NCBI GenBank assembly: GCA_036785375.1
Contig: JAWMAR010000478.1
Span: 62,001 to 126,000 of the forward strand
Origin: Leucoraja ocellata
Lineage: Eukaryota
Length of the DNA stretch: 64,000 bases
Reading direction: 5' to 3'
Positions 23,986-37,007 of the stretch are shown here, one piece after another. The position numbers were made by a program, and so were the translations under genes. The notes beneath the pieces are model-generated. The model had not been told where the DNA came from, made no database searches, and worked only from the letters and a program-made list of their open reading frames with translations. Within the stretch, counting starts at the first letter, position 1. Each line of letters opens with the position of its first letter.

Positions 23986-26900
23986 ATGAATCTTCTCTGC
24001 ACTCTTTCCAGCTTCCGTCCTAGAGCAATGTGACTAAAACTGGATGCAATACCTGAAATACCGTCTCACCAATGGCTTGCACAACAACTAGAAACTAACA
24101 TCTGCGGCAGGCAAGATATCATTGTCATAAAGTCACAACGCATGAAAACAGGCCCATATCCGTCTAAACATCCGCTCACAGAGTTATAGTGATACATTGT
24201 AGAAACACGACCTTCGGCCCAACTTGTCCACACCAGCCAACATGCCCCAGCTACACTAGTCCCACCTGCCTGCGCTTGGTCCATATCCCTGCAAACCAGT
24301 CCTATCCATGCACCTGTATAACTGTTTCATAAATGTTGGGATAGTCTCTGCCTCAACGACCTCTAATCCTCTCATGATTTATGCACTACTATAAGACTAC
24401 GTTACAGTTTATTTTATTGTCATGTGTGCGCCGAGCTACGGTGAAAAGCTTTTGTTTTTGAATCCATGACCGTCCATGATTACAATCAAGCTGTTTACAG
24501 TGTTTAGATATATGATGAGGGAATAATGTTTAGTGCAAGGTAAAGGCAGTAAAGTCCGATCAAGGATAGACCGAGGGTCACCAATGAGGTAGATAGTAGT
24601 TCAGCACTGCTCTCTGGTTGTGGTGGGATGGTTCAAGGTGCATCTGTGGTTCGTTTAGTTCAGTTTAGCTTATTGTCCTGTGTACCGAGGTATAGTGAAA
24701 AGCTTTAGTTGCGTGCTAACCGCAAGAAATTGCATAAAGTTGTGGACACAGCCCAGACCATCGCACAATCCAACCTCCCTACCATCGACTCCATCTACAC
24801 CTCACGCTGCCGCGACAAGGCCAGCAGCATTATCAAGGACCAGTCTCACCCCGGCCACTCCTTCTTCTCAAGGGCGGAAATCACTTTTAATACATTTGGG
24901 GGGGGACGACACAATTTCCTGGCGGCCCAAAGAGAACACAATGTCTACAACATGCTGCACCTAGTCGACGATTAATATGGTTTAATCTACAATTTGAGAG
25001 GGAGAAGGGAAAATCAGAAATGTCAGTATTACAGTTGAACAAAGGAGACTATGGAGACATGAGGGAGGAGCTGGCCAAAGTTGACTGGAAAAATTCCCTG
25101 GCAGGGATGACATTGGAACAACAATGGCAGGTATTTCTAGGAATAATACAGAAGGTGCAGGATCAGTTCATTCCAAAGAGGGAGAAAGATTCCAAGGGGA
25201 GTAAGGGGCGACCGTGGCTGACAAGGGAAGTCAAGGACAGTATAAAATTAAAGAGAAGAAGTATAACATTGCAAGATGAGTGGGAATCCAGAGGATTGGG
25301 TAATTTTAAAGAGCAACAGAAGATAACTAAGAAGGTAATGCGGGGTATAAAAGATGAGGTACGAAGGTAAGCCAGCCAAGAATATAAAGAGTAAAAGCTT
25401 CTTTAGGTATGTGAAGAGGAAAAAATTAGTTCAGACCGAAGTCAGACTTGAAGACGACAACAGGTGAATTTATTATGGGGAACAAGCAAATGGCAGACGA
25501 GTTGAACGGGTACTTTGACAATAGACAATTGGAGCAGAGTAGGCCATTTGGCCCTTGGAGCCAGCACCGTCATTCAATTTGATCATGGCTGATCATCCAC
25601 ATTCAGACACCCGTTCCTGCCTTCTCACCGTATGCCTTGACTCCACTATCTTTAAGGGCTCTATCTAGCTCTCTTGAAAGTATCCGATCAGTCTTCAGTA
25701 TTGTGTGCAGTTTTGATCTCCATGTTTGAGGAAGAATATTCTTGCTATTGAGGGAGTGCAGCGTAGGTTCACCAGGTTAATTCCCGGGATGGCGGGACTG
25801 TCATATCTTGATAGAATCGAGCGGCTGGGCTTGTATACTCTGGCATTTAGAAGGATGAGAGGGTATCTTATTGAAACATGTAAGATTGTGAAGGGATTGG
25901 ACACTAGGGGCAGGAAACATGTTCCCGATGTTGGGGGAGTCCAGAACCAGGGGCCGCAGTTTAAGAATAAGGGGAAGACCATTTAAAACGGAGATGAGGA
26001 GAAACGTTTTTACCCAGAGAATTGTGAATCTGTGGAATTCTCTGCCTCAGAAAGCAGTGGAGGCCAATTCAATGGATGCTTTCAAGAGACAGTTAGATAG
26101 CGCTCTTAAAGATAGCGGAGTCAAGGGATATGATGAGAAGACAGCAACGGGGTACTGAATGTGGATGATCAGCCATGATCACATTGAATGGCGGTGCTGG
26201 CTCGAAGGGCCGAATGGCCTACTCCTGTACCTATTGTTTATTGTCATGAATCTTCTCTGCACTCTTTCCAGCTTCCGTCCTAGAGCAGTGTGACTAAAAC
26301 TGGATGCAATACCTGAAATACCGTCTCACCAACGTCTTGCACAACAACTAGACTCTAGTCTGAAGAAGGGTTTCGGCCCGAAACGTTGCCTATTTCCTTC
26401 GCTCCATAGATGCTGCTGCACCCGCTGAGTTTCTCCAGCTTTTCTGTGTAACTAGACTCTAACATCTGCGGCAGGCAAGATATCATTGAGTCATAGTGAC
26501 ATTGCATGAAAACAGGCCCATATCCGTCCAAACATCCTCTCATAGAATTATAGTGATACATTGTGGAAACAGCCCCTTTGGCCCAACTTGCCCACACCAG
26601 CCAACATGCCCCAGCTACACTAGTCCCACCTGCCTGTGCTTGGTTCATATCCCTGCAAACCAGTCCTATCCATGCACCTGTATAACTGTTTTGTAAATGT
26701 TGGGATAGTCTCTGCCTCAACGGCTTCTGGCAGCACATGACATACACCCACCACCCTCTGTGTGAAAATGTTACCCCTTAGATTCCTATTAAATCTTTTC
26801 CCCTCACCTTAAACCTATGCTTTCTGATGTTCGATTCCCCTACTCTGGGCAAGAGACTCTGTGCATCTACCCGATCTAATCCTCTCATGATTTATTCTCT

Positions 26901-27045
26901 ACTATAAGACTACATTACAGTTTAGTTTATTGTCATGTTAACCGAGCTACAGTGAAAATCTTTTGTTGTGTGCTAACCAGTCAGTGTACAGACCACACAT
27001 GATTACAATCAAGCTGTTTACAGTATTTAGATACATGATAAGGGA
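23500..27045 (+). repeat. Local direct duplication (~23500-24530 vs ~25697-27045)
   Basis: The same chimeric junctions (e.g. ttattgtcatgaatcttctctgcactctttccagcttccgtcctagagca) occur at 23978 and 26238. A third, inverted copy lies at ~54720-55950. Confidence 0.8.
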
Positions 27046-27376
27046 ACTGGTGTGAAAACGCACATCTCCAGATTCAGGGACAGTTTCTTCGCAGCTGTTA
27101 TCAGGCCATTCTACCACAATTAGGGAGCAGTCCTGAACTACTATCTACCTCATTGGTGACCCTCGGACTATCTTTGATCGGACTTTGCTGGCTTTACCTT
27201 GCACTAAACGTTATTCCCTTTGTCCTGTATCTGTACACTGTGGACAGCTCAATTGTAATCATGTATTGCCTTTCTGCTGACTGGATAGCACGACACAAAA
27301 GCTTTTCACTGTACCTCGTTACACGTGACAATAAATTAAACTGTAAAAACTGAAAACACACCTCTTGTTTTTACAG

Positions 27377-27473
27377 ATAAAAGCTTCAGTATTTGGAAGC
27401 CAGTTTTGCTTACAGCAGGGATAATACTGATGGCTGTGCTAGCTGGATTCATCATCTACAAGTATATACTGCG
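27377..27473 (+). CDS. Siglec-like transmembrane exon (copy A)
   Basis: tttttacag| YKSFSIWKPVLLTAGIILMAVLAGFIIYKYILR |gtaagt; phase 1-2. Confidence 0.88.
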
Positions 27474-27564
27474 GTAAGTTTAAATAAATCCACATTTTTA
27501 CTTCCAAATCCATCTCTTTGTCATCTGCTTATGACTGCTTCTGCCAGGCTTACTCCTGTTCACA

Positions 27565-27920
27565 GACACAAAGTGCTGGAGTAACTCAGCGGGTCAGGCA
27601 GCATCTCTGGAGAACATGGGCAGGTACAAAGTGCTGGAGTAACTCAGCAAGTCAGGCAGCATCTCTGGAGAAGGTTACACAGAAAAGCTGGAGAAACTCA
27701 GCGGGTGCAGCAGCATCTATGGAGCGAAGGAAATAGGCAACGTTTCGGGCCGAAACCCTTCTTCAGACTGATCGGGGGCGGGGGTGGGCGGGGGAATCAT
27801 CTCTGGAGAACATGGACAGGTACAAAGTGCTGGAGTAACTCAGCGGGTCAGGCAGCATCTCTGGAGAACATGGACAGGTACAAAGAGCTGGAGTAACTCA
27901 GCGGGTCAGGCAGCATCTCT
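27565..27920. repeat. ~57-bp tandem repeat of a Penelope/hairpin-family motif, expanded in the left arm
   Basis: Unit caaagtgctggagtaactcagcgggtcaggcagcatctctggagaacatggacaggta occurs ~4-5 times here and ~2 times at 54080-54180. Confidence 0.75.
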
Positions 27921-28640
27921 GCAGATTCAGGAATAGGTGACATTTCGGGTCGGGACCTTCTTCAGACTGAAAGGTTGAGAAAGTCAGAACAAATCAGAGC
28001 CAGCGACAGATGGCCTTTAGACTGTTGTGAGCCATTTTGGGCCCCATATCTGAGGGAGAATGTGCTGGCTCGGGAGAGGGTCCAAAGGATGTTTACGATG
28101 TCACTTACTGGGCCTGTACTAGCTGGAGTTTAGAAGAATAGAATAGTTTCTTTATTGTCATTGTAACATGAACCATGTACAACAAAATTTAAAAATGTGA
28201 GCCAGTCAGTGCACCATTCAAACATTTCTAAAAGCTAACGAGACATACAAGATAAAATATTAAAAGATAAACAACTAAAATAAATATCACAAAAATAGCA
28301 CGCATAATGCGGATGAGGGGGGGACCTCACTGATATTTAATGAATAGTGAATGGCCTGGATAGAGTGGACGTGGAGAGGATGTTTCCACTAGTGGGAGAG
28401 TGAGTTTAGGAGCAGAGGCCACAGCTTTAGAATTAAAGGACTACCTTTAGGAAGCAGAGTAGGTGTTTCTTCAGTCATAGGGTGGTGAATCTGTGTAATT
28501 CTTTGCCACAGAAGGCTGTGGAGGCCAAGCCAATCAATATGTTTAAGGCAGAGATAGATAGGTTATTGATCAGTACGGGTGTCAGGGGTTATGGGGAAAA
28601 AGGCAGGAGAATGGGATTAAGAGGAAGAGTTAGATCAGTC

Positions 28641-30805
28641 CTTAAATGTGGATATGCAATGGAAGACATTGGATATGCAATGGAAGACATTTAAAGACTG
28701 CATGGATGAACTACAAAAAATGTTCATACCAGTTTGGCAAAATAATAAATCAGGGAAGGTAGTACATCCATGGATAACAAGGGAAATCAGAGATAGAATC
28801 AAAGCGAAGGATGATGCGTACACATTAGCCAGAAAAAGCAGCATACCGGAGGGCTGGGAGAAATTCAAAGACCAGCAAAGGAGGACAAAGGGCTTAATTA
28901 GGAAAGGGAAAACAGATTATGAAAGAAAACTGGCAGGGAACATAAAAACTGACAGCAAAAGTTTTTATAGATATGTGAAAAGAAAGAGATTAGTTAAAAC
29001 AAATGTAGGTCTCTTGCAGTCAGAAACAGGTGAGTTGATCATGGGGAACAAGGGTATGGCGGACCAATTGAATAACTACTTTGGTTCCGTCTTCACTAAG
29101 GAAGACATAAATAATTTGCCGGAAATAGCAGGGGACCGCGGGGCAAAGGAGTTGGAGGAATTGAGTGAAATCCAGGTTAGCCGGGAAGTGGTGTTGGGTA
29201 AATTGAATGGATTAAAGGCCGATAAATCCCCAGGGCCAGATAGGCTGCATCCCAGAGTACTTAAGGAAGTAGCTCCAGAAATAGTGGATGCATTAGTAAT
29301 AATCTTTCAAAACTCTTTTGATTCTGGAGTAGTTCCTGAGGATTGGCGGGTAGCAAACGTAACCCCACTTTTTAAGAAGGAACGGAGAGAGAAAATGGGG
29401 AATTACAGACCAGTTTGCCTAACATCGGTAGTGGGGAAACTGCTAGAGTCAGTTATTAAAGATGGGATTACAGCACATTTGGAAAGTGGTGAAATCATTG
29501 GACAAAGTCAGCATGGATTTACGAAAGGTAAATCATGTCTGACGAATCTTATAGAATTTTTCGAGGATGTAACTAGTAGCGTGGATAGGGGAGAACTAGT
29601 GGATGTGGTGTATCTGGACTTCCAAAAGGCTTTCGACAAGGTCCCACATAAGAGATTAGTATACAAACCTAAAACACAAGGCATTGGGGGTTCAGTGTTG
29701 ACGTGGATAGAGAACTGGCTGGCAAACAGGAAGCAAAGAGTAGGAGTAAACGGGTCCTTTTCACAATGGCACGCAGTGACTAGTGGGGTACCGCAAGTCT
29801 CAGTGCTGGGACCCCAGCTATTTACAATATATATTAATGATCTGGATGAGGGAATTGAGGGCAATATCTCCAAGTTTGCGGATGACACTAAGCTGGGGGG
29901 CAGTGTTAGCTGTGAGGAGGATGCTAGGAGACTGCAAGGTGACTTGGATAGGCTGGGTGAGTGGGCAAATGTTTGGCAGATGCAGTATAATGTGGATAAA
30001 TGTGAGGTTATCCATTTTGGTGGCAAAAACGGGAGAGCAGACTATTATCTAAATGGTCGCCGATTGGGAAAGGGGGAGATGCAGCGAGACCTGGGTGTCA
30101 TGGTACACCAGTCATTGAAGGTAGGCATGCAGGTGCAGCAGGCAGTAAAGAAAGCGAATGGTATGCTAGCTTTCATTGCAAAAGGATTTGAGTATAGGAG
30201 CAGGGAGGTTCTACTGCAGTTGTAGAGGGTCTTGGTGAGACCACACCTGGAGTATTGCGTACAGTTTTGGTCTCCAAATCTGAGGAAGGACATTATTGCC
30301 ATAGAGGGAGTGCAGAGACGGTTCACCAGACTGATTCCTGGGATGTCAGGACTGTCTTATGAAGAAAGACTGGATAGACTTGGTTTATACTCTCTAGAAT
30401 TTAGGAGATTGAGAGGGGATCTTATAGAAACTTACAAAATTCTTAAGGGGTTGGACAGGCTAGATGCAGGAAGATTGTTCCCGATGTTAGGGAAGTCCTG
30501 GTCAAGGGGTCACAGCTTAAGGATAAAGGGGAAATCCTTTAAAACCGAGATGAGAAGAACTTTTTTCACACAGAGAGTGGTGAATCTCTGGAACTCTCTG
30601 CCACAGAGGGTAGTTGAGGCCAGTTCATTGGCTATATTTAAAGGGAGTTAGATGTGGCCCTTGTGGCTAAGGGGATCAGGGGGTATGGAGAGAAGGCAGG
30701 TACGGGATACTGAGTTGGATGATCAGCCATGATCATATTGAATGGCGGTGCAGGCTCGAAGGGCCGAATGGCCTACTCCTGCACCTAATTTCTATGTTTC
30801 TATGT
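28641..30805 (+). mobile_element. Young 5'-truncated CR1 LINE, left-arm specific
   Basis: 525-aa ORF with RT motifs (KSPGPD, YLDFQKAFDKVPH, FADD) and an internal stop at 30223. TSD atcagtc/atcagcc. The empty site is visible in the right arm at ~53520. Confidence 0.92.
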
Positions 30806-30973
30806 ATCAGCCATGATTGAATGGCAGAGTAGACTTGATGGGCCGAATGACTTAATTCTGCTCCTATCATTAATAACCTCACGACTTTATGACCAACGTC
30901 TAATACAACTGCAACTTTATACTTGTACTTTGCTGATGTGCTGTAAACTTGGTGTGATCTTCCTTTCCTGCAG

Positions 30974-31040
30974 GAGGGAAGATGCTTCAGGAAACCAAGA
31001 CATCAATGTGATCTACTGCCCACAATCTGCCACCAATCAG
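30974..31040 (+). CDS. Siglec-like cytoplasmic exon 1 (copy A)
   Basis: tcctttcctgcag| (R)REDASGNQDINVIYCPQSATNQ |gtagtg; phase 2-0, 67 nt. Confidence 0.8.
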
Positions 31041-32332
31041 GTAGTGGAACTTTGTATTTAATCTCAACTACAGATGATACACACGTGGGTACAAAATGCT
31101 GGAGTAACTCAGTGGAACAGGCAGAATCTCTGGAGAGAAGGATCAGGTGATGTTTCGGTCGAGACTCGAGGGGCCTGAGCTACAGAGAGATGTTGAGGAG
31201 GCTGGGACTCTATTCTTTGGAGCGCAGGGGGATGAGGGGTGATCTTATAGATGGGTATAAAACCATGAGAGGAATAGATCAGGTAGATGCACAGAGACTC
31301 TTGCCCAGTGTAGGGGAATCGAGGACCAGAGGACATAGGTTCAAGGTGAAGGGGAAAAAAATCTGAGGGGTTACTTTTTCACACAAAGGGTGGTGCGTGT
31401 ATGGAACGAGCTGCTGGAGGAGGTAGTTGAGGCTGGGACTATCCCAACGTTTAAGAAACAGTTAGAAAGGTACATGGACCAAGCGCAGGCAGGTGGGACT
31501 AGTGTAGCTGGGCCATGTTGGTCGGTGTGGGCAAGTTGGGCAGAAGGACCCGTTTCCACAATGTATGACTCTATATAGATGATGATGTAGAGAGAGATAA
31601 AGAACAATGAATGAAAGTTAGATGTAAACAAAGTAACGATGATAAAGGAAACAGGCCACTGTTAGTGGTTTGTTGGATGAAAACGAGAAGCTGGTGCGAC
31701 TTGGGTGGGGGAGGGATGGAGATAGAGGGAACACAGGGCTACCTCAAGTGAGGGAAATCAATGTTCATATCACTGGGCTGTAAGCTGCCCAAACGGAATA
31801 TGTGATGCTGGTCCTCCAATTTGTGTTTAGCCTCACTCTGTCAATGGAGGCGACCGAGGACAGAAAGGTCAGTGTGGGAAGGGGAATTAAAGTATTTAGC
31901 AACCGGGGGTATGAATATTGATTAATCTAACTATGCGTGAGTGTGAGAGAGTGTGTGAGAGAGTGGGTGTGAGTGTGAGACAAAGTTTGAGAGAGAAGGA
32001 GACGCGGCGAGAGAGGGAGAGAGAGAGTGGGTGAAACTACGAGTGTGAGAGACACAGTACCTGAGTGTGAGCGAGTGAGAGAAAGAGTAGAGGGAGAAAG
32101 GGGGGAGAGAGAAAGTGTGAAACTGCCAGTGAGAGGGAGAGAGAGAGAGAATGAGAGAGGGGGAGAGAGAAGGAGAGCGAGAGTGTGTGAGAGGAGAACA
32201 TAAACAACATGGCTGAACCTGGGTCTGTGGGAGTACAGGAGTTGTGAACCTTCTCGCTGATGGTATTAAATGCCGGGCCACACTGCTCTGTACTGAACCG
32301 ACAACTGCCCGTCTGCTTCCCTTTCCTTCCAG

Positions 32333-32539
32333 AGCGCGGGGAGTGGAGAGAACGGGTCGGCCCCAGTAGGAGGGGAATCAGGAGAGGGGGAAGAGCAAGC
32401 GGTCGTGTACGCCAACATGCGGGAGGTGCTGAGCAGCGGAGACACCGGGCACAGTGGCGAGGGGGTGGAATACGCGGAGCTCTGGTTCCAGTCCAAGCAG
32501 GGGAAGGGGGAGGTGGGAGGATGGAGGGAGGGGTGGTGA
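32333..32539 (+). CDS. Siglec-like terminal cytoplasmic exon with ITIM-type motifs (copy A)
   Basis: ctttccttccag| SAGSGENGSAPVGGESGEGEEQAVVYANMREVLSSGDTGHSGEGVEYAELWFQSKQGKGEVGGWREGW*; motifs VVYANM and VEYAEL. Confidence 0.85.
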   Translation, partial: SAGSGENGSAPVGGESGEGEEQAVVYANMREVLSSGDTGHSGEGVEYAELWFQSKQGKGEVGGWREGW

Positions 32540-33234
32540 GGAGGGAGAGGCGATGGGGAGAGAGCGCTGCACCAGCCTTAACTACCTTGGGTTTCATAGA
32601 TTAATTAACCCTCTGTAGATGAAATAGTGGGATAACATAGAACTAGTGTGTAAACACATGATCGATGGTCAGTACAGACTCGGTGGGCTGAAGGGCCTGT
32701 TTCCCCGCTGTATCTCTTTAGAAAAGCCTTTGTTTCTTTAGAACAGACTGTTCCGCGGGTAACTATGAACATTGAGAATAATTGCTTCTATCAAATGATA
32801 ATCTGTTAAACACAGTCTTTACCTGCAGTTACAAAATCCACTCGTAGCTATTAAATGAAGACCTTTATTTTTTGAGAATCCTGTGGGAATTTTGCTAATG
32901 CTATTCTGAAGCTCTTGCTCTTGTAGCACCATGTTCTATAACACGTTTCATAGCAAGCAGCTCTCTGTGTGGCATTGGTGAGTAATAATAATAATGAAAT
33001 GCAGACGCTGGAAATCTGACAAAGGGCGGCACGGTGGCGCAGCGGTAGAGTTGCTGCCTCACAGCGCCAGAGACCCGGGTTCGATCCTGACTACAGGTGC
33101 TGTCTGTGCGGAGTTTGTACGTTCTCCCCGTGACCTGTGTGGGTTTTCTCCGGGATCTTCGGTTTCCTCCCACACCCCACAGATGGGCTGGTTTGTAGGT
33201 TAATTGGCTTGCTGTAAATGTACATTGTCCCTGC

Positions 33235-33610
33235 TTACCCACCACACCACCTCCAGGTCCCACAGATCGGCAGACTTGGGGTTACTGAACATCCCGCGGT
33301 CTAGGCATAAGCTCAGGGGCCACCGTGTCTTTGCGGTTGCAGCTCCGTGACTGTGGAACAGCATCCCTCTTCCCATCAGAATTGCCCCCTCCATCGACTC
33401 TTTTGAGTCGAGACTTAAAACTCATCTTTACTCTCAAGCCTTTCTTGACATCCTCTGAGGGAGGGCTATATGTATGTATTTATGTATGTACTTAATCTAT
33501 GAACCACCGTTGTATAACGTTAGTACCTCCACCAATGTAAAGCACTTTGGTCAACGAGAGATGTTTTTTAAATGTGCTATAGAAATAAAAGTGACTTGAC
33601 TTGACTTGAC
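33235..33610 (+). mobile_element. L2 3' end nested in a V-SINE (mirrored at ~48250-48630)
   Basis: ttgcagctccgtgactgtggaacagc...cttaaaactcatct followed by an aataaaa(gtgactt/gactt)n tail. Confidence 0.75.
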
Positions 33611-34996
33611 TGGGTGTGTGTAGTGTGCGGGGATCGCTGGTCGGCGCTGACTCGATGGGCCGAAGGTCCTGTTTCCGCGCTGTGTCTCTAAACTACACTA
33701 AACTAAATCTAATCAGTCATGGTCATCTAATAGTGGAGCAGGTGCAAGATTAATCCTGATACTATTTTTATATCATTACATGTTTTCTGCAGAGGATTTG
33801 GATTTGTTGCATTTGTAAACAAAGAGATTAAAATGCTGAACCATTACAGTCACATGTCTCAGAATTATGTTTGAAACATCTCTTTTATTTGATTTGTGTT
33901 CTCCTAATTTGAGGAAGGACATTCTTGGTATTGAGTAGGTAGCATAGGTTCACCAGGTTAATTCCCGTGATGGCGGGACTGACATATGTTGAAAGAATGG
34001 ATCGACTGGGCTTGTATTCACTGGAATTTAGAAGGATGAGAGGTCACCTTATAGAAACATATACATCCTTAAGGGATTGGACAGGGATGCAGGGAAAATG
34101 TTCCCGATATTGGGGGGAGTCCAGAACCAGGGGTCACAGTTTAAGAATATGGGGTCGGCCATTTAGGACTGAGATGAGGAAAATCGTTTTCACCTAGAGA
34201 GTTGTGAATCTGGGAATTCTCTGCCACAGAAGGCAGTGGAGGCCAATTCACCTGATGTTTTCAAGAGTTAGATTTAGCTCTTTGGGCTAATGGAATGAAG
34301 GGATATGGGGAGAAAGCAGGAACGGGGTACTGATTTTGGATGGTCAGCCATGATCATATTGAGTGGCGGTGCTGGCACGAATGGCCGAATGACCTACTCC
34401 TGCACGTATGTTCTGTGTCCTCGCTGTGTCTCTAAACTAAACTAAAGCCTTCCGATCCCATTCCCGACTGAATATCTTGTAAAAGTCGCGATTGTGTCCT
34501 TTCGAAAGATTCAATTTTTAAAATTTCAAAATATACTTTATTTGAGAAATAAATATATCCGATAGATGATCCTTACAAGACTCCATCCAACATTCTTGGA
34601 GGCTATACATACATTCAATAATGTTTACACAAATTACACAAATTTATCCCCCACCCTTGCCACTCATGTGGCCCACTGGCATGGAATCCCTTCCCATATT
34701 TTTGAGGGGCGTCTCCACCACACCCTGCCCCCCATGTCCAGCAGCGGGAGGAACCTAGACTGTGGTCCTCCATCACTGAGAATTTTTTTAATATCAAAAA
34801 ATGTAATTAATTATTAAAAATAATATTTACAATACAATGAAACAAACCAGATCCCACCCCCATAATGCAAGACCAACAAATATACTAAATAAACGACTAT
34901 ACAATTATGTTACAATCCTTGTCAAGGATGCATTCCACCCCCCGCCGTGCCCAACGGCGCGGCAAATCCCCCAGGTTGCCCATGGACAATGTGTAG

Positions 34997-35390
34997 CAAA
35001 GATCCTATAGCAAGCAAGATCGTCCACTCGACCAAAAAGACATAGTACGGTCATGGGCATATTCATGGGTAATTTAAGGACCCATTCCCGTAACCGGCTT
35101 CCGTCTCCGCACCACAGATCCCATAGGATAATAGTGCGGAGACGGAAGCCGGTTATGGAAACATCCTCGTAAAAAAAAAGTTAGTTGGTAAAAATCTTCT
35201 TCTCATTTTCAGAATTTTAATGTATTAACACAAACTGATCCCCCGCAGCGTTGATTACACTGCGAGTCGGGTCGGGTCCGGTTACGGAAGTGGATGAAAA
35301 AAAGGCCCAAGTTCCGTTCCGTTGCGTACTACACGTCAGCCCATTGTATTTAGCAGGAGTGGTCTATCTTGTTCCGCTATAGGATCTTTG
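34997..35390. mobile_element. hAT-type MITE (mirrored at 46475-46865)
   Basis: ~35-bp TIR caaagatcctatagc..agcaagat.g.ccactc. 8-bp TSD atgtgtag/gtgtgtag (right arm ctacgcac/ctacacac). Confidence 0.8.
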
Positions 35391-36438
35391 GTGTGTAGTC
35401 CCTCTCTAACACCACCCGGGCACGGACGTAACCCTGGAAAAGGGGCAGGCATCTGGCTCGGGCAGAGCCCTCTTCTGCCTGACCCAGTGACTCGAGGATG
35501 GCCAGCTTGGCCAGGCCCAGGAGCAACCCAACCAGGACATCTTCAGCTCTACCCTCTCCCCCTGCACAGGTTGTCCAAAGATGAGGATGGTGGGTGAGAA
35601 ATGCAGCCAGAAGGCAAGTAGCAGCCGCTTTAGATATTGGAACAGGGGATGCAGCCTCACACACACACACGTGGCTCACAGATTCTTCCAGCCCACAAAG
35701 GTGGCAGACGGCTGGTGAGTCTGTGAACCGCGAGAGAAACAGGTTGCAGGGGACTCCGGTGCAATACCCTGCACCCCAGGTCCCCGATGTAGAGGGGGAG
35801 AATCCCTGCGTAGAGGGACCCCTCCCCCCCCCCCACCGAGCCTTGGCGTTGGCTACACCAAGCTTCAGTGTGTCCCTTCAGCACGTACTCCTGCAGTCTG
35901 CAGCGGGCCAGTCGGCAACATTCTCCGACAGACATCCCGCTCCGCTGGGTGGTCAACAAAGCTCAGGCAGACCAAAGGGCGTCTTTCACCGAGTTGATGA
36001 CCTTCCAGCAGCACTCGATGTCAGTCTCTGAATGTGTCCCTGGGAACAGTCCGTAAATCACAGAGTCCTCTGTGACAGAGCTGTTCAGAATAAATCGTGA
36101 CAGGGACCCTTGCAAACCTCTCCAGACTCTCTTTGCAAATCCACACTCTGCAACGAGGTGGGCAACCGTCTCCTCTCCATAGCAGCCGTCCCAAGGGCAG
36201 CGTGCGCTGGTAGTGAGGTTCCGACGGTGCAGGAAGGATCTGACTGGGAGGGGTCCCCTCACCGCCAGCCAAGCCAGGTCTTGGTGCTTGTTGTTGAGTT
36301 CTGGCGATGAAGCATTTCGCCAGACAAGCTGGGCAGTCTGCTCTGGGAACCACGCCACAGGATCCATGGAGTCATTTCGCTGCAGTGCCTGCAGGTCGTT
36401 CCGTGCTGACCACTGCCCGATGGACTTGTGGTCAATGG

Positions 36439-37007
36439 CAATAGTGAATAATCCTTCATTTAAACCATCTCTTACCAATAAAACATAACCAATGGGAAAG
36501 AATGGGAATTAAAAGGATCGGCGATATGTATGAAATGGGAACTCTGTTATCATTCCAACAATTGCAATTAAAATTTGTTGAAAAATAGCCAATATTTTAA
36601 ATATCTTCAGATCTGCGATTTCATGAAGAAATATATACAAAGACATCAAACTATAATTTTAGACCCACTGGAAGAAGCAATGAATATTAAGGCTGACTCA
36701 CAGAAATTAATATCATATTTATATAATTGTATTTTAAGTATAGAACTACCATCGACAGAGAGAAGATTGAGAACGAGAATTATTGATAAAAATCACGAAA
36801 AAAACAGTATTTGATATATATACACATGAATTTTCGATGAATGTAAGACATAACTTAATTCAATTCAACATTTTACATAGATTATTTTATTCAAAAACTA
36901 GACTGAATACATTTCATCCAAATACTTCTCCCATTTGTGACAAATGTTTATCTCAAAATGCCACTATAACACATTATTTTGTTTCCTGCATAAATCTCCA
37001 TAAATTC
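36439..37007 (+). mobile_element. Internal L1 ORF2 fragment without poly(A)
   Basis: QYFKYLQICDF...EEAMNIKADSQKLISYLYN; homologous to ~50790-51390. Confidence 0.8.

Noticed and set aside
27377-27473. Activating (DAP12-coupled) Siglec because of Lys near the TM
   Set aside because: The lysines flank the hydrophobic span rather than lying within it, and both copies have ITIM tails, so this is not a paired activating/inhibitory set.
27565-27920. Repeat-spacer-like pattern resembling CRISPR
   Set aside because: Eukaryotic tandem repeat with non-unique spacers and no cas genes.
28648-30225. 525-aa ORF as a host gene or active RT
   Set aside because: 5'-truncated CR1 ORF2 lacking endonuclease, with PQGS->PQVS and an internal stop.
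31931-32604. Track ORFs overlapping the ITIM exon (and mirrors at 52114-52488)
   Set aside because: Wrong frame or strand; the splice-consistent frame starts at 32333 (52390 on the - strand).
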